From positions 2,046,001 through 2,110,000 of the forward strand of contig CAWJLW010000006.1 in the NCBI GenBank assembly GCA_963843795.1: a stretch of 64,000 nt of DNA, given 5' to 3'. Under the pieces are notes generated by a model, which had not been told where the DNA came from, did not search any database, and worked only from the letters and a program-made list of their open reading frames with translations. Positions 29,244 through 40,779 of this stretch are shown here, one piece after another; position 1 is the first letter of the stretch; every line of letters begins with the position of its first letter. This stretch comes from an uncultured bacterium. GTDB lineage: Bacteria; Armatimonadota; Abditibacteriia; Abditibacteriales; Abditibacteriaceae. A program made the position numbers and the translations under genes.

Positions 29244-31835
29244 TTATTGTGAAATTTCGACACGCCTTGTCGCGCGAATATCTGCCGACGACGCGCCGAT
29301 CATAATATCGTAAGCGCCCGCATCAACTACGAACGCGCTCGTTTTTTCGTCCCAGAAAGCTAATTTACTGGCCGGTAGCGCAAAAGCTACTGTTTTCTTT
29401 TCGCCCGCCCGCAACGCGATACGTTCAAAGCCGCGCAATTCTTTTGCGGGCCGCACCACGCGCGGCTTGGTTTGGTGAACATAAAGTTGCACCACTTCAT
29501 CGCCAGCGCGCTTGCCGACATTTTCGACATCCACACGAAGCGGAATCGTTCCCTCGCGTGCAATCGGCGCGCGTGGCACGCGCAAGTTGGAATAACGAAA
29601 ATTGGTGTAGCTGAGGCCATGCCCGAATGGAAACAGCGGCGCGCCGCGCAGATACAAATATGTGTAGCCTTTGCTCACATCGTATTCATCGCGCGACGGC
29701 ACTTGCGCTGCGCTGGCATAAACCGTGTGTGGTAAACGTCCGGCGGGATTCACGTCGCCAAACAACACATCGGCAATAGCGTGGCCACCTTCTTCGCCCG
29801 GCCACCACGCCTGCAACATCGCGGGCACATTGTCTTTGAGCCACGGAACTGTGAGCGGCCCGGCGCTCATTTCCACAACAATCGTGCGCGGATTGGCCGC
29901 CAAAACCGCGTGTACCAATTGTTCTTGATTGCCGGTTAAACCCAACGTGGTGCGGTCGCGGCCTTCTTGCTCTACTCCGCTATCAGTGCCGACGAAAACC
30001 AAAGCCACATCGGCGGTGCGCGCCATTTCAGCCGCATGAGCGATGGAACTGGATTCTTCGTCGCCATCGTTGGTAGTGAAAGCTGCATCTTCCAATTCAA
30101 CGTTGATAGCTTTCGGCCCGCTTAAAGTGAGCTTGTCGAAATGGCCATCGTAAGAATCGCTTTCCACGTTTTTGCCAACAGCAGTAAAACGAAACTTTTT
30201 GCGGCCCGCTGTCGCGAATGTCTTGGTGCCGAAGTCGGCGATTCGGTTGTAATCCGTGGACACGCTGTGCATATCAATCGGCGTACCTTGCTTCTCACCA
30301 TCAATACTCAATTGATAAATGCCGCGACCGGCCAAAGCTTTAAATTGTAGCTTGATGTCATAACGACCCGGCATGGCCACATCAATCGCGAATTCGATAA
30401 AGTCGCCAGCACCAGAAGCATACAACTTCCTGCTGGCGCCGCCGCTGAAACCAGTTTCGCGGTCAGTTTGCACGTTCTCACCGTTCATCTGTCGATTGGG
30501 CTGACAACCCAGCGCATACACAACTTCCGTGCCCGGCGCGACACGATCTCGAATGCCTTGCAGCGGACTGATCGTCACGCCGGTTTTGCCGTTGTAATTG
30601 TTGGTCAGCACGCGGTCAGCGAGCGGGCCGATGACGGCGATGCGCTTGGTTTTTACCCTATTCAACGGCAACAAACCACCACGATTTTGCAGCAGCACAA
30701 TAGATTGCTGCGCCGCTTTGAGCGCGATGGCGCGATGCGCGGCGCTATCGACAACCGAAAGCGGAATTTTGCTATAGGGAACCGATTCAAACGGGTCGAA
30801 TTCGCCCAGTTCAAAGCGCACGCGCAAAACGCGGCGCAGCGCGTCGTCCAAACGCGCCACGCTGAGCTTGCCCTCTTGCACCGCAGCGGGAATGTTCTGA
30901 CGAAATTCGCGGTCGGAAAAATCGCAGCCCGCCATCAGCGATTGCGCGACCGCATCAACGTAACTCATCTTTCCGCTTTCGTGTCCGTTCACCATCGTTT
31001 CCACGCCGCCCAAGTCGGATACCACAAAACCCTGATGGCCCCACTGGTTTTTCAGCAAATCGGTGAGCAGCCAGTGATTGATATTATTGGGCGTGCCGTT
31101 GATGGCGTTGTAGCTCGCCATCAGCGAACGCGCGCGACCTTCGACCACAGCATCGTGAAAATGCGGCAGCCAGTATTCGTGCAGCATCCGTTCGGACACG
31201 GTGGCGTTGAGGCGCGTGCGGTCGGTTTCCACGTTATTGACCGCGAAATGTTTGAGCGTGGCGGCGATTTTCAAATAGCGCGGATTATCGCCCTGTAAAC
31301 CGCGCACATAGGCCACCGCCATGCGTCCGGTAAGAAACGGGTCTTCGCCCCACGCTTCGTGGTTGCGTCCCCAATACGGATTGCGCTCGATATTAATGAC
31401 CGGCGCGCGATAAATCAAACCCTTGTGTTCGCCCGGCGCGTTCGCGTCAAGGTGCCAGCCATTATAAATCGCGCGCGCTTCATCGGAAAGCACGTTGGCG
31501 ATTTGGTTTTGCACCAAGTCGGTGTTCCAAGTCGCCGCCATCGCAATACAAGTCGGAAACAATGTGGTGGGCCGATTCCACTGCACACCGTTCAAACATT
31601 GATTCCATTGATCGGAGCGAATATTGAAACGCTCGACCGTCGGCCCGCGATGATCGAGCAAAGTCGCCTTTTCTTCCAGCGTCAAACGGCCAATCAAATC
31701 CTGCACACGCGCATCGAGCGTCTGCTGTGTATCCAGATACAGCGGGCGCGGCGCATCTTCAGCCGCCACAGCGTTCGATACGAAAACGCTGATTGAAAAC
31801 AAAATGCCGAATGTAGCACGCGCGATGAATTTCAT
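29244..31835 (-). CDS. GH3 beta-glucosidase/beta-xylosidase with inserted CBM-like module and Fn3-like C-terminus
   Basis: RNPYWGRNHEAWGEDP, KHFA, MASYN, VVSD nucleophile, EGRDR, PFGHGLSYT, KELRGF. Confidence 0.92.
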   Translation of the reverse strand: MKFIARATFGILFSISVFVSNAVAAEDAPRPLYLDTQQTLDARVQDLIGRLTLEEKATLLDHRGPTVERFNIRSDQWNQCLNGVQWNRPTTLFPTCIAMAATWNTDLVQNQIANVLSDEARAIYNGWHLDANAPGEHKGLIYRAPVINIERNPYWGRNHEAWGEDPFLTGRMAVAYVRGLQGDNPRYLKIAATLKHFAVNNVETDRTRLNATVSERMLHEYWLPHFHDAVVEGRARSLMASYNAINGTPNNINHWLLTDLLKNQWGHQGFVVSDLGGVETMVNGHESGKMSYVDAVAQSLMAGCDFSDREFRQNIPAAVQEGKLSVARLDDALRRVLRVRFELGEFDPFESVPYSKIPLSVVDSAAHRAIALKAAQQSIVLLQNRGGLLPLNRVKTKRIAVIGPLADRVLTNNYNGKTGVTISPLQGIRDRVAPGTEVVYALGCQPNRQMNGENVQTDRETGFSGGASRKLYASGAGDFIEFAIDVAMPGRYDIKLQFKALAGRGIYQLSIDGEKQGTPIDMHSVSTDYNRIADFGTKTFATAGRKKFRFTAVGKNVESDSYDGHFDKLTLSGPKAINVELEDAAFTTNDGDEESSSIAHAAEMARTADVALVFVGTDSGVEQEGRDRTTLGLTGNQEQLVHAVLAANPRTIVVEMSAGPLTVPWLKDNVPAMLQAWWPGEEGGHAIADVLFGDVNPAGRLPHTVYASAAQVPSRDEYDVSKGYTYLYLRGAPLFPFGHGLSYTNFRYSNLRVPRAPIAREGTIPLRVDVENVGKRAGDEVVQLYVHQTKPRVVRPAKELRGFERIALRAGEKKTVAFALPASKLAFWDEKTSAFVVDAGAYDIMIGASSADIRATRRVEISQ

Positions 31836-31886
31836 AAATGCCACCAATTTTAGCGTCCTGCAAGTACTTGCAGCGCACTTTCAAAG

Positions 31887-33879
<1,993 letters not shown>

Positions 33880-33980
33880 AATTTTCGGAATGTGAAATTG
33901 GGAGGTGGAAGCTGGTAATTCAGTGCTCATTTGCTCCTGCAAGTACTTGCAGGGCCACAACTTTCCACTTCTCCCTGCGT

Positions 33981-34847
33981 TCATCGTGGCAAGACGCCTT
34001 GCTTGCGTCTTACGGTTGCGGCTTCTTCAAACCAGACGCGCAATTTTTCGCCGTCTTCATCACGAATTAAATGACGCAGTGCGTGCAATTCGTCCAGCAA
34101 TTCATCCAAACTTTGTGTGATGGCCGGCGCGTTGTCCAGACAAATATCGCGCCACATTTCGGCGCTGCCCGCCGCAATGCGCGTCGAATCGCGCCAGCCG
34201 CCAGCAATGAGCTGTTCGGCAACGCTCGAACGCGCGTTGGTTTGCGCAAACACATGAACCAAAGCCGCCGCTGTGATGTGCGGCAAATGGCTGGTGACGG
34301 CCAGAACCGTATCGTGCAAATGAGCATCGAGCAGCATTGGCGTCGCGTCCAGCGCTTCAATCATGCTCACCAAAGTATTGACGACCGGCGGCGGAGTGCC
34401 CGCAGTCGGAGTCAGAACCCACATCGCGCGCTTGAACAAGTCGGCGCGCGCAGCTTCGACGCCGGTTTTTTCGCTGCCTGCCATCGGATGGCCGCCCACG
34501 AAATAAGCGCGCTCACCCAGAATGCGCGTGCATTGTTCGATAACCGCCGCTTTAGTCGAACCGGCATCAGTCACAATCGCATCAGCGCGCACAACGGGCG
34601 CAATTTGGCGACACAAATCGGCCATCTGCCCGACCGGTGGTGCCATGAAGATCAAATCCGCACCGCGAGCCGCAACCGCAGCATCGGTCCAGCCTTCGTC
34701 AATCGCACCGCGTTCGATAGCTTGGTCGAGAGTGCTTTGACGCCGCGAGACACCAACGATGCGGCGCGCCAGATTTCGCTCACGCAGCGCAAGACCAAAA
34801 GAGCCGCCCATCAAACCGACGCCAATAATGCACACGGTATCGAACAT
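33981..34847 (-). CDS. tyrA: Prephenate/arogenate dehydrogenase
   Basis: IGVGLMGGS, TDAGSTK, GGHPMAGSE, HD...SHLPH, RDSTRIA, MWRDI. Confidence 0.93.
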   Translation of the reverse strand: MFDTVCIIGVGLMGGSFGLALRERNLARRIVGVSRRQSTLDQAIERGAIDEGWTDAAVAARGADLIFMAPPVGQMADLCRQIAPVVRADAIVTDAGSTKAAVIEQCTRILGERAYFVGGHPMAGSEKTGVEAARADLFKRAMWVLTPTAGTPPPVVNTLVSMIEALDATPMLLDAHLHDTVLAVTSHLPHITAAALVHVFAQTNARSSVAEQLIAGGWRDSTRIAAGSAEMWRDICLDNAPAITQSLDELLDELHALRHLIRDEDGEKLRVWFEEAATVRRKQGVLPR

Positions 34848-34914
34848 AGGAAACCGAGAAATCAGGTCGCAAGTACTTGCAGTAAGGACTTGCGACCTGA
34901 TCTCATCTGTAAAT

Positions 34915-35962
34915 TCACATCTCGCGTCCGACTGCCTGCGCAATCGGCTTCAATTCTTCCATTAAGCGCGCAAACTGCGTCATATCCAGCGTTTGCTGGC
35001 CATCGCTCAGGGCATCTTCGGGATGCGGATGCACTTCCAAAATCAAGCCATCAGCACCGCACGCCACCGCGGCTTTGCTCATCGCCGCTACCATATCGCG
35101 CCGCCCGGTTCCCTGACTGGGATCGATAATAATTGGAAGATGCGAGGCTTTTTTGATTGCCGGAACTGCCGATAAATCAAGCGTGAAACGCGTGCTTGGC
35201 TCGAAGGTGCGAATGCCGCGCTCGCAGAACATCACTTGTTCGTTGCCGCCCGCCAGCAAATACTCGGCGGCTTTGAGCCATTCTTCGATGGTCGCGCTCA
35301 ACCCACGCTTGAGCAAAACCGGCGTGCGGCTTTTACCAGCTTCACGCAGCAGATCGTAGTTCTGCATATTGCGCGCGCCAATTTGCAGCACATCGGCGTA
35401 TTCACAAACAGTTTCCACCAAGATGCGGCGTCATCACTTCAGTAATCACTGGCAAGCCGGTTTCCTCGCGCGCGTGGGCGAGATATTTCAAGCCTTCAAC
35501 GCCCAAACCCTGAAAATCATACGGGCTGGTGCGCGGTTTATAAGCGCCACCACGCAACATTTGCGCGCCACTTTTGGCGACGCCACGCGCGATATTGAGC
35601 AGCGAATCATCGCTTTCGATGGAACACGGGCCAGCCATCATAACGATTTTTTTGCCGCCAATCACGACGCTGTTGCCGCCTGCTTTCTGGCCGCCAACAG
35701 AAAACGTGGTGTTTTCAGGATGGCTTTCGCGCGACACCATTTTGTACGGTTTGGAAACGAACAGCACTTGCGCGACATCTTCCATCGCTTCGAGTTGGGG
35801 AGCAACCAACTCTTTTTCCGCGACATCGGGCGTGCCGATGGCCGCGACGATGGTTTGACTGACGCCATAAGTGACATTGGCGCTGTAACCGTGCTCTTGG
35901 AGTTTTTCGGTTACGCTTTGAATCGCCGTTTCATCGGCGTTCTTCTTGAGAATAATAATCAC
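34915..35962 (-). CDS. aroF: DAHP synthase type I-beta with N-terminal regulatory domain, one apparent +1 frameshift
   Basis: [24 protein letters not shown] / [24 protein letters not shown] start with GAGG RBS; length 3n+1. Confidence 0.92.
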
Positions 35963-36127
35963 AACAACCTCATTGCCGCATTTGCGGCCAGCCGTCCAAT
36001 GCGGCGATTTGAATAGTTTTACACACGCGCGAAAACCCTCACTTCTGTGAAGCGAGGGCCGAAAAGTCGCTGCGCGCCCGATAATTTGAACATCAATCTT
36101 CGCTGCAAGTACTTGCAGGGCCAAATA

Positions 36128-37348
36128 TCACATTAAAATCGCGCGCAGCGACGAAATAAATCGCTCGTTCATTTCCGGGGTGCCTATTGTCACGCGCAGC
36201 CACGTCGGCAAACCAAAAGGATCGCCGGTGCGCACAATCACGCCGCCGCGCAGCAATTCGTCGAACATTTGTTTCGATGGACGCTGCGTATTTACCAAAA
36301 CGAAATTCGCCTGCGTCGGCACATATTCCAAACCCATAGCATCAAACTGCGCACACAAGTAAGCGCGTCCACGCGAGTTGTTATCGCGCGCTTTGACGAC
36401 TTGTTCCTCGTCGCTCAAACTGGCAACCGCCGCCGCTTGCGCTGCCATATTCACATTGAATGGGCCGCGCACTTGCGCCAGTAGCGCAATCATTTCCGGG
36501 CGCGCGATAGCGTAGCCAACGCGCAAACCAGCCAATGCGTAGGCTTTGGAAAACGTTTGCAAAACAATTACGTTATGCTCGTTGATGTAATCCAAACCGT
36601 TGGGCGAACGCTCGTCATCCACGTATTCCAGATACGCTTGATCGAGAACGACGACGACGTGTGAAGGCAAACCATCGAGCAATTTTTCAAACTCGTCGCG
36701 CGTCACCACCGTGCCGGTCGGATTGTTGGGATTGGCAATAAAAATGAGTTTGGTGCGCTCGTTAACTTTGGCTTTCATTGCGGCCAAATCGTGGCGCATA
36801 TCGGACGTTAGCGGCACGGCGTGATGAGGGCAATTAGCTACCATGGCGGCAGCTTTATATTGCACAAACGAAGGCGCGCCATAAATTGTTTCATCACCAC
36901 GCGCGCTGTCGAGCAAAGCCAGCGACAGAAAGTGAATGATTTCGTCGCTGCCGTTGCCAACCAGAAAATGTTCCGGCGTCAGCTTCCAAAAATGGGCCAA
37001 AGCGCGTTTAAGATCGAAACAAGTATCGTCGGGATAAAGCCAAATATCGTTGAGTGCATTCTTCGCAGCTTCGAGAGCGCGTGGACTGGGCCCCAGCACA
37101 TTTTCGTTGGAAGCAAGTTTGAACAAGGTGAAATCTGTGGGCAGACCGAGTTCGCGCTTCACTTCTTCGATGGGCTTGCCCGGCACATAGGGCTTCAATT
37201 GCGACACGCCCGCACGCAATAGCGCGGATGCGTTTGGTGTAGCAGCTTCTGTATTAGCCGCTCCGTTTTGTGGAACAATTGAAGACAAAGTTTCGGTATC
37301 AGGCGGTGAAACTGGAACTGTGCGAGCGATGTCGGAAAGGTTAGGCAT
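36128..37348 (-). CDS. hisC: Histidinol-phosphate aminotransferase
   Basis: YVPGKP, KLASNEN, GNGSDE, NPNNPTG, TFSKAYALAGLRVGY. Confidence 0.93.
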   Translation of the reverse strand: MPNLSDIARTVPVSPPDTETLSSIVPQNGAANTEAATPNASALLRAGVSQLKPYVPGKPIEEVKRELGLPTDFTLFKLASNENVLGPSPRALEAAKNALNDIWLYPDDTCFDLKRALAHFWKLTPEHFLVGNGSDEIIHFLSLALLDSARGDETIYGAPSFVQYKAAAMVANCPHHAVPLTSDMRHDLAAMKAKVNERTKLIFIANPNNPTGTVVTRDEFEKLLDGLPSHVVVVLDQAYLEYVDDERSPNGLDYINEHNVIVLQTFSKAYALAGLRVGYAIARPEMIALLAQVRGPFNVNMAAQAAAVASLSDEEQVVKARDNNSRGRAYLCAQFDAMGLEYVPTQANFVLVNTQRPSKQMFDELLRGGVIVRTGDPFGLPTWLRVTIGTPEMNERFISSLRAILM

Positions 37349-37508
37349 AAAGAAAAATTGGCGCGAAAGCGTCGGGAACATGAGCAATCAATGCGCGTTC
37401 ATGGAAACGATGGCGTAGTGTATATTAGGATGCGCGGGCTTTCAAATTCGATAGCTCGCAAACTACCTGCAAGTACTTGCAGCGACTGACAGCACAAACG
37501 AGGCAAAC

Positions 37509-39113
37509 ATGAAAACAACCATTTCAACCATAGGCACTATCGCACTGCTGGCAGCAACCTTTATCGGCGGCGCGCAACTGACACACGCTCAAGACGCTTA
37601 CGACGATGGAAGTCGTTACAGTAGAGGCACTGCGACATCTTCGGCTTCATCAACTATTTCCGCAGATCAGCAGAAAGAAATTCTGCAAGCGTTGCAAACC
37701 AACGGTGTTTATGTGTCGCCCGGAATGCGCGACACCGCCGATGCCAATGCGCTGGCGAAATCGGCACGCGATAGTAACGCAAAGATTTTGGTCATGGACG
37801 CACTGCCAGGCCGCGCTTCAATTGGTAAAGTCGCGGCGACATTTCATAAAGCACTCAATATGGGAGATGGCTTAATGATTGTCGCCGTTGGCGGTTCGCG
37901 TCCTCAGGTTGCGGCCAATGGCGGCAATCGCGTTAGTTCGCAAAGCGAATTGGGCGACATCGTGAAATCGCAGGCGGCGATTTTTCGTGCTCAAGGTTAC
38001 ACGCAGGGCATTCAGGCCATTTTAAAAGCGCACTCCGATGCTGAAAAATCGGCGGGCACAAGTTCAGGGCTTGGACTTTTGTTTTTGATTGGTGTTCCTA
38101 CCGCAGGTGGTGTGTGGTATTTTCGCCGCAAGAAAAGTCAGGATGCGGCTCGCGAACTGCGTTTACGCGATGAAACCCGCAAATTATCGAACGAACTGGC
38201 TCCGCAATACGAAAAGCTCGATTCCGATTTCGAATACGCGATTTTAGGAGCCGATGCCGACCGCCAGCGCGAACTGCGCGAAGCGCGCAACGATGCGGGC
38301 GAAGCGTTTTCAACTGCGATGAAACAGTTCAACAACGCGCAAAACTTCCCAGAATTGCTGGGCGCTCGTGCTTCGCTGATGCGCGCCCGCGATGCTCATG
38401 ACCGCAGCCGCGCGATTCTCGAAGGTAAACCTCTGCCCGAGCCGCGCGCCACAGCTTACGATGCGGGCGGTGGCCCCGGTTCGCTGCTGCCGCCTTCGAT
38501 GCAAAATACTAACGCTCCCAATGCTGATGAGCCGTTTGAAATTGGGCCACTGGGACAAGGTTATGCTGGCGCGCGCCCGGGTTACGGATTGGATTTCTTC
38601 ACTTCCGAGCCGGTGCCGCTGGATCAAATGGTGCCAGTCGATCTCGATGTCAATGGCCAAAAACGCCGCGTCTGGGCGTCGCACGATTCGGCCCAACGCG
38701 CGATGTCGGGTCAGGCGCAGGTTGCGACCGTGCAATATCAAGGTCAGAACGTACCGTGGTATCAAGCGCAGCAACAATACAACCCGTGGAACGATTTCGG
38801 TTCGACAATGCTTACCATGATGGCGATGAACATGATGATGAACACTATGTTTTCCCCCTTCGGCTACGGTGGTATGGGCTACGGCGGCTTTGGTCATCAT
38901 CACGATTACGGTGGCGGTTTCGATAACGGTTACGTGGGCGGAGATAACGGCGGTTGGGTCAACACCGATAACGATGCCGGTTCTGGTGTGGCCGATTTAG
39001 ATTTGTTCGGTGGCGGTGGTGGAGATAGCGGCGGCGGCTTCGATATGGGCGATCTGTTTGGCGGTGGTGGCGATAGCGGCTCAGGTGTCGGCGACTTAGA
39101 TTTATTCAATTGA
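37509..39113 (+). CDS. Exported/membrane protein: signal peptide, periplasmic domain, TM, coiled coil, Gly/Asp-rich tail
   Basis: Signal peptide ending AHA-like THA; TM GLGLLFLIGVPTAGGVWYF; tail repeats like DSGSGVGDLDLF. Confidence 0.7.
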   Translation: MKTTISTIGTIALLAATFIGGAQLTHAQDAYDDGSRYSRGTATSSASSTISADQQKEILQALQTNGVYVSPGMRDTADANALAKSARDSNAKILVMDALPGRASIGKVAATFHKALNMGDGLMIVAVGGSRPQVAANGGNRVSSQSELGDIVKSQAAIFRAQGYTQGIQAILKAHSDAEKSAGTSSGLGLLFLIGVPTAGGVWYFRRKKSQDAARELRLRDETRKLSNELAPQYEKLDSDFEYAILGADADRQRELREARNDAGEAFSTAMKQFNNAQNFPELLGARASLMRARDAHDRSRAILEGKPLPEPRATAYDAGGGPGSLLPPSMQNTNAPNADEPFEIGPLGQGYAGARPGYGLDFFTSEPVPLDQMVPVDLDVNGQKRRVWASHDSAQRAMSGQAQVATVQYQGQNVPWYQAQQQYNPWNDFGSTMLTMMAMNMMMNTMFSPFGYGGMGYGGFGHHHDYGGGFDNGYVGGDNGGWVNTDNDAGSGVADLDLFGGGGGDSGGGFDMGDLFGGGGDSGSGVGDLDLFN

Positions 39114-39156
39114 ACCGGTCGGCCCGCAAGTACTTGCGAGACGATTTTTGCAAACT

Positions 39157-39191
39157 AAAGCGGGTGCGAATTGAAACTTCGCACCCGCTTT
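39157..39191 (+). terminator. Intrinsic terminator
   Basis: AAAGCGGGTGCGAA-7nt-TTCGCACCCGCTTT(T). Confidence 0.8.
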
Positions 39192-39269
39192 TCTGTGATT
39201 TGCAAAATGTTTCCGCAATGTTTCGCTTACCACTTGCAATGGTTTTAGTGACGAATTAAAATTCCCATT

Positions 39270-39617
39270 ATGGTTATGCCTGCTCTGGTTATTGAACGAG
39301 AAGAAGAAAATATCTGGCACATTTTGCGCCTTTGTGGTTATGTAGATACGCACACTTTCAGCACGCTGGAAGAAGTTTTGTCACAAGAAGTTGAAACCGA
39401 ATGCGGGCATTTGAAAATCGACTGCCAGCAATTGGAATTCATCGATTCAACTGGTTTAGGTTTATTGATGGCCGCGTATCGCCAACTCAGCGAACACGGC
39501 GGCAATTTGATGATCGAAAATCTTAACGATAAGATGTCGAAAATTTTCAATTTGCTGGGCTTCGATGAATTGATTCGCAATCAGGAAAATAGAGAATTGG
39601 CTCATTCGATGAATTAA
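39270..39617 (+). CDS. STAS-domain anti-sigma factor antagonist
   Basis: LRLCGYVD, LEFIDSTGLGLL, IFNLLGFD. Confidence 0.88.
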   Translation: MVMPALVIEREEENIWHILRLCGYVDTHTFSTLEEVLSQEVETECGHLKIDCQQLEFIDSTGLGLLMAAYRQLSEHGGNLMIENLNDKMSKIFNLLGFDELIRNQENRELAHSMN

Positions 39618-39641
39618 TTCTTCAATTGAATGTTAAGAGCT

Positions 39642-39675
39642 AAAAGCGTTCTGCAAGTACTTGCAGAACGCTTTT
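39642..39675. terminator. 34-bp perfect palindrome centred on GCAAGTACTTGC; bidirectional terminator-like
   Basis: AAAAGCGTTCTGCAAGT|ACTTGCAGAACGCTTTT between convergent genes. Confidence 0.85.
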
Positions 39676-39717
39676 TATTGTTTATCACCAATTCAGACAC
39701 AGTAATCGCTTTACGTT

Positions 39718-40776
39718 CTAACTACGATACTCCTGACGCACTTGAAGAATTATCTCCAGATTTTGCGAAAAGGTTTCTACCAAGCCGGGATCAAACTGGC
39801 GTCCTGCTTGAGCTTGGATTTCGTTAACTGCTTGTTCGATGGGCCAAGCGGTTTTATAAGGTCGGTCATGGGTCAGAGCATCAAACACATCGGCAATGGT
39901 GACGATACGGCCTTCAATGGGAATGTTTTCGCCGCTTAATCCGTGAGGATAGCCGCTACCATCCCAACGTTCGTGATGAGAAATGGCGATGCTGGCCGCC
40001 ATTTGTAACAAGGGCGTGCGATGGCGCGCGAGAATGCTTTGGCCGATAACGCAATGGGTTTGCATAATTCTGAACTCATCAGATGTCAGACGACCTGGTT
40101 TGAGAAGAATGCTATCAGGAATACCAATTTTGCCGACATCATGCAGTGGTGCGGCTTGCAGCATCAGCGTAGATTTTTTGTCGCCCAGACCGCCTTTTTG
40201 GGCCAAAACCGCTGCCGCCGCGCCCACTCTTTGCGTATGGCGACCAGTATCGTCATCGCGATAATCTCCAGCAATGCCCAGACACGCCGCTGTTTCATGC
40301 TCTGATTCAGCCAACTGCTGAGTGCGCTCAACTACTCGTTCTTCGAGAATGTGATTTTGGTGATATAAACGGTCGCGCAGAAAGTTAATTTCCAGCAGAT
40401 GGCCCAAACGCAGGGAGAGTTCGACGGCATCAAAAGGCTTATTGAGGAAATCGCTAGCACCTGAGGATAACGCTCTGCGCTTTGTTTCAATAGTTGCATC
40501 AGCAGTGAGAACCAGCACAGCGGGATTCAAATGTTCTTTGGCAGAAGCCTGTAACTGTTCCATCACAGCGAAGCCATCCATTCCGGGCATCATGAGATCA
40601 AGCAAGATGATATGGGGACTCATTTCAAGACACATAGGAAGCGCCTGATACGAATCGGTCGTGCTTTTTACGTTGGCATATCCCCACTCTTCCAACATGT
40701 GTTCTAAGAGCAGTACGTTAGCGGCTTCGTCATCAACGATTAAAATGCGGGCTGACTGGTAAATTTCACTCTGCAT
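39718..40776 (-). CDS. Response regulator with HD-GYP phosphodiesterase domain (RpfG-like)
   Basis: REC (VDD, DLMMP, KPF); LHDVGKIGIPD, HHERWDGSGYP, ADVFDAL, RPYK. Confidence 0.95.
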   Translation of the reverse strand: MQSEIYQSARILIVDDEAANVLLLEHMLEEWGYANVKSTTDSYQALPMCLEMSPHIILLDLMMPGMDGFAVMEQLQASAKEHLNPAVLVLTADATIETKRRALSSGASDFLNKPFDAVELSLRLGHLLEINFLRDRLYHQNHILEERVVERTQQLAESEHETAACLGIAGDYRDDDTGRHTQRVGAAAAVLAQKGGLGDKKSTLMLQAAPLHDVGKIGIPDSILLKPGRLTSDEFRIMQTHCVIGQSILARHRTPLLQMAASIAISHHERWDGSGYPHGLSGENIPIEGRIVTIADVFDALTHDRPYKTAWPIEQAVNEIQAQAGRQFDPGLVETFSQNLEIILQVRQEYRS

Positions 40777-40779
40777 CCC

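Noticed and set aside
34071..35129. 352-aa plus-strand ORF and similar long antisense ORFs (8337..9053 alternative frame, 30468..31298, 54055..54858)
   Set aside because: They overlap well-supported genes, have no motifs and are expected at this GC content.
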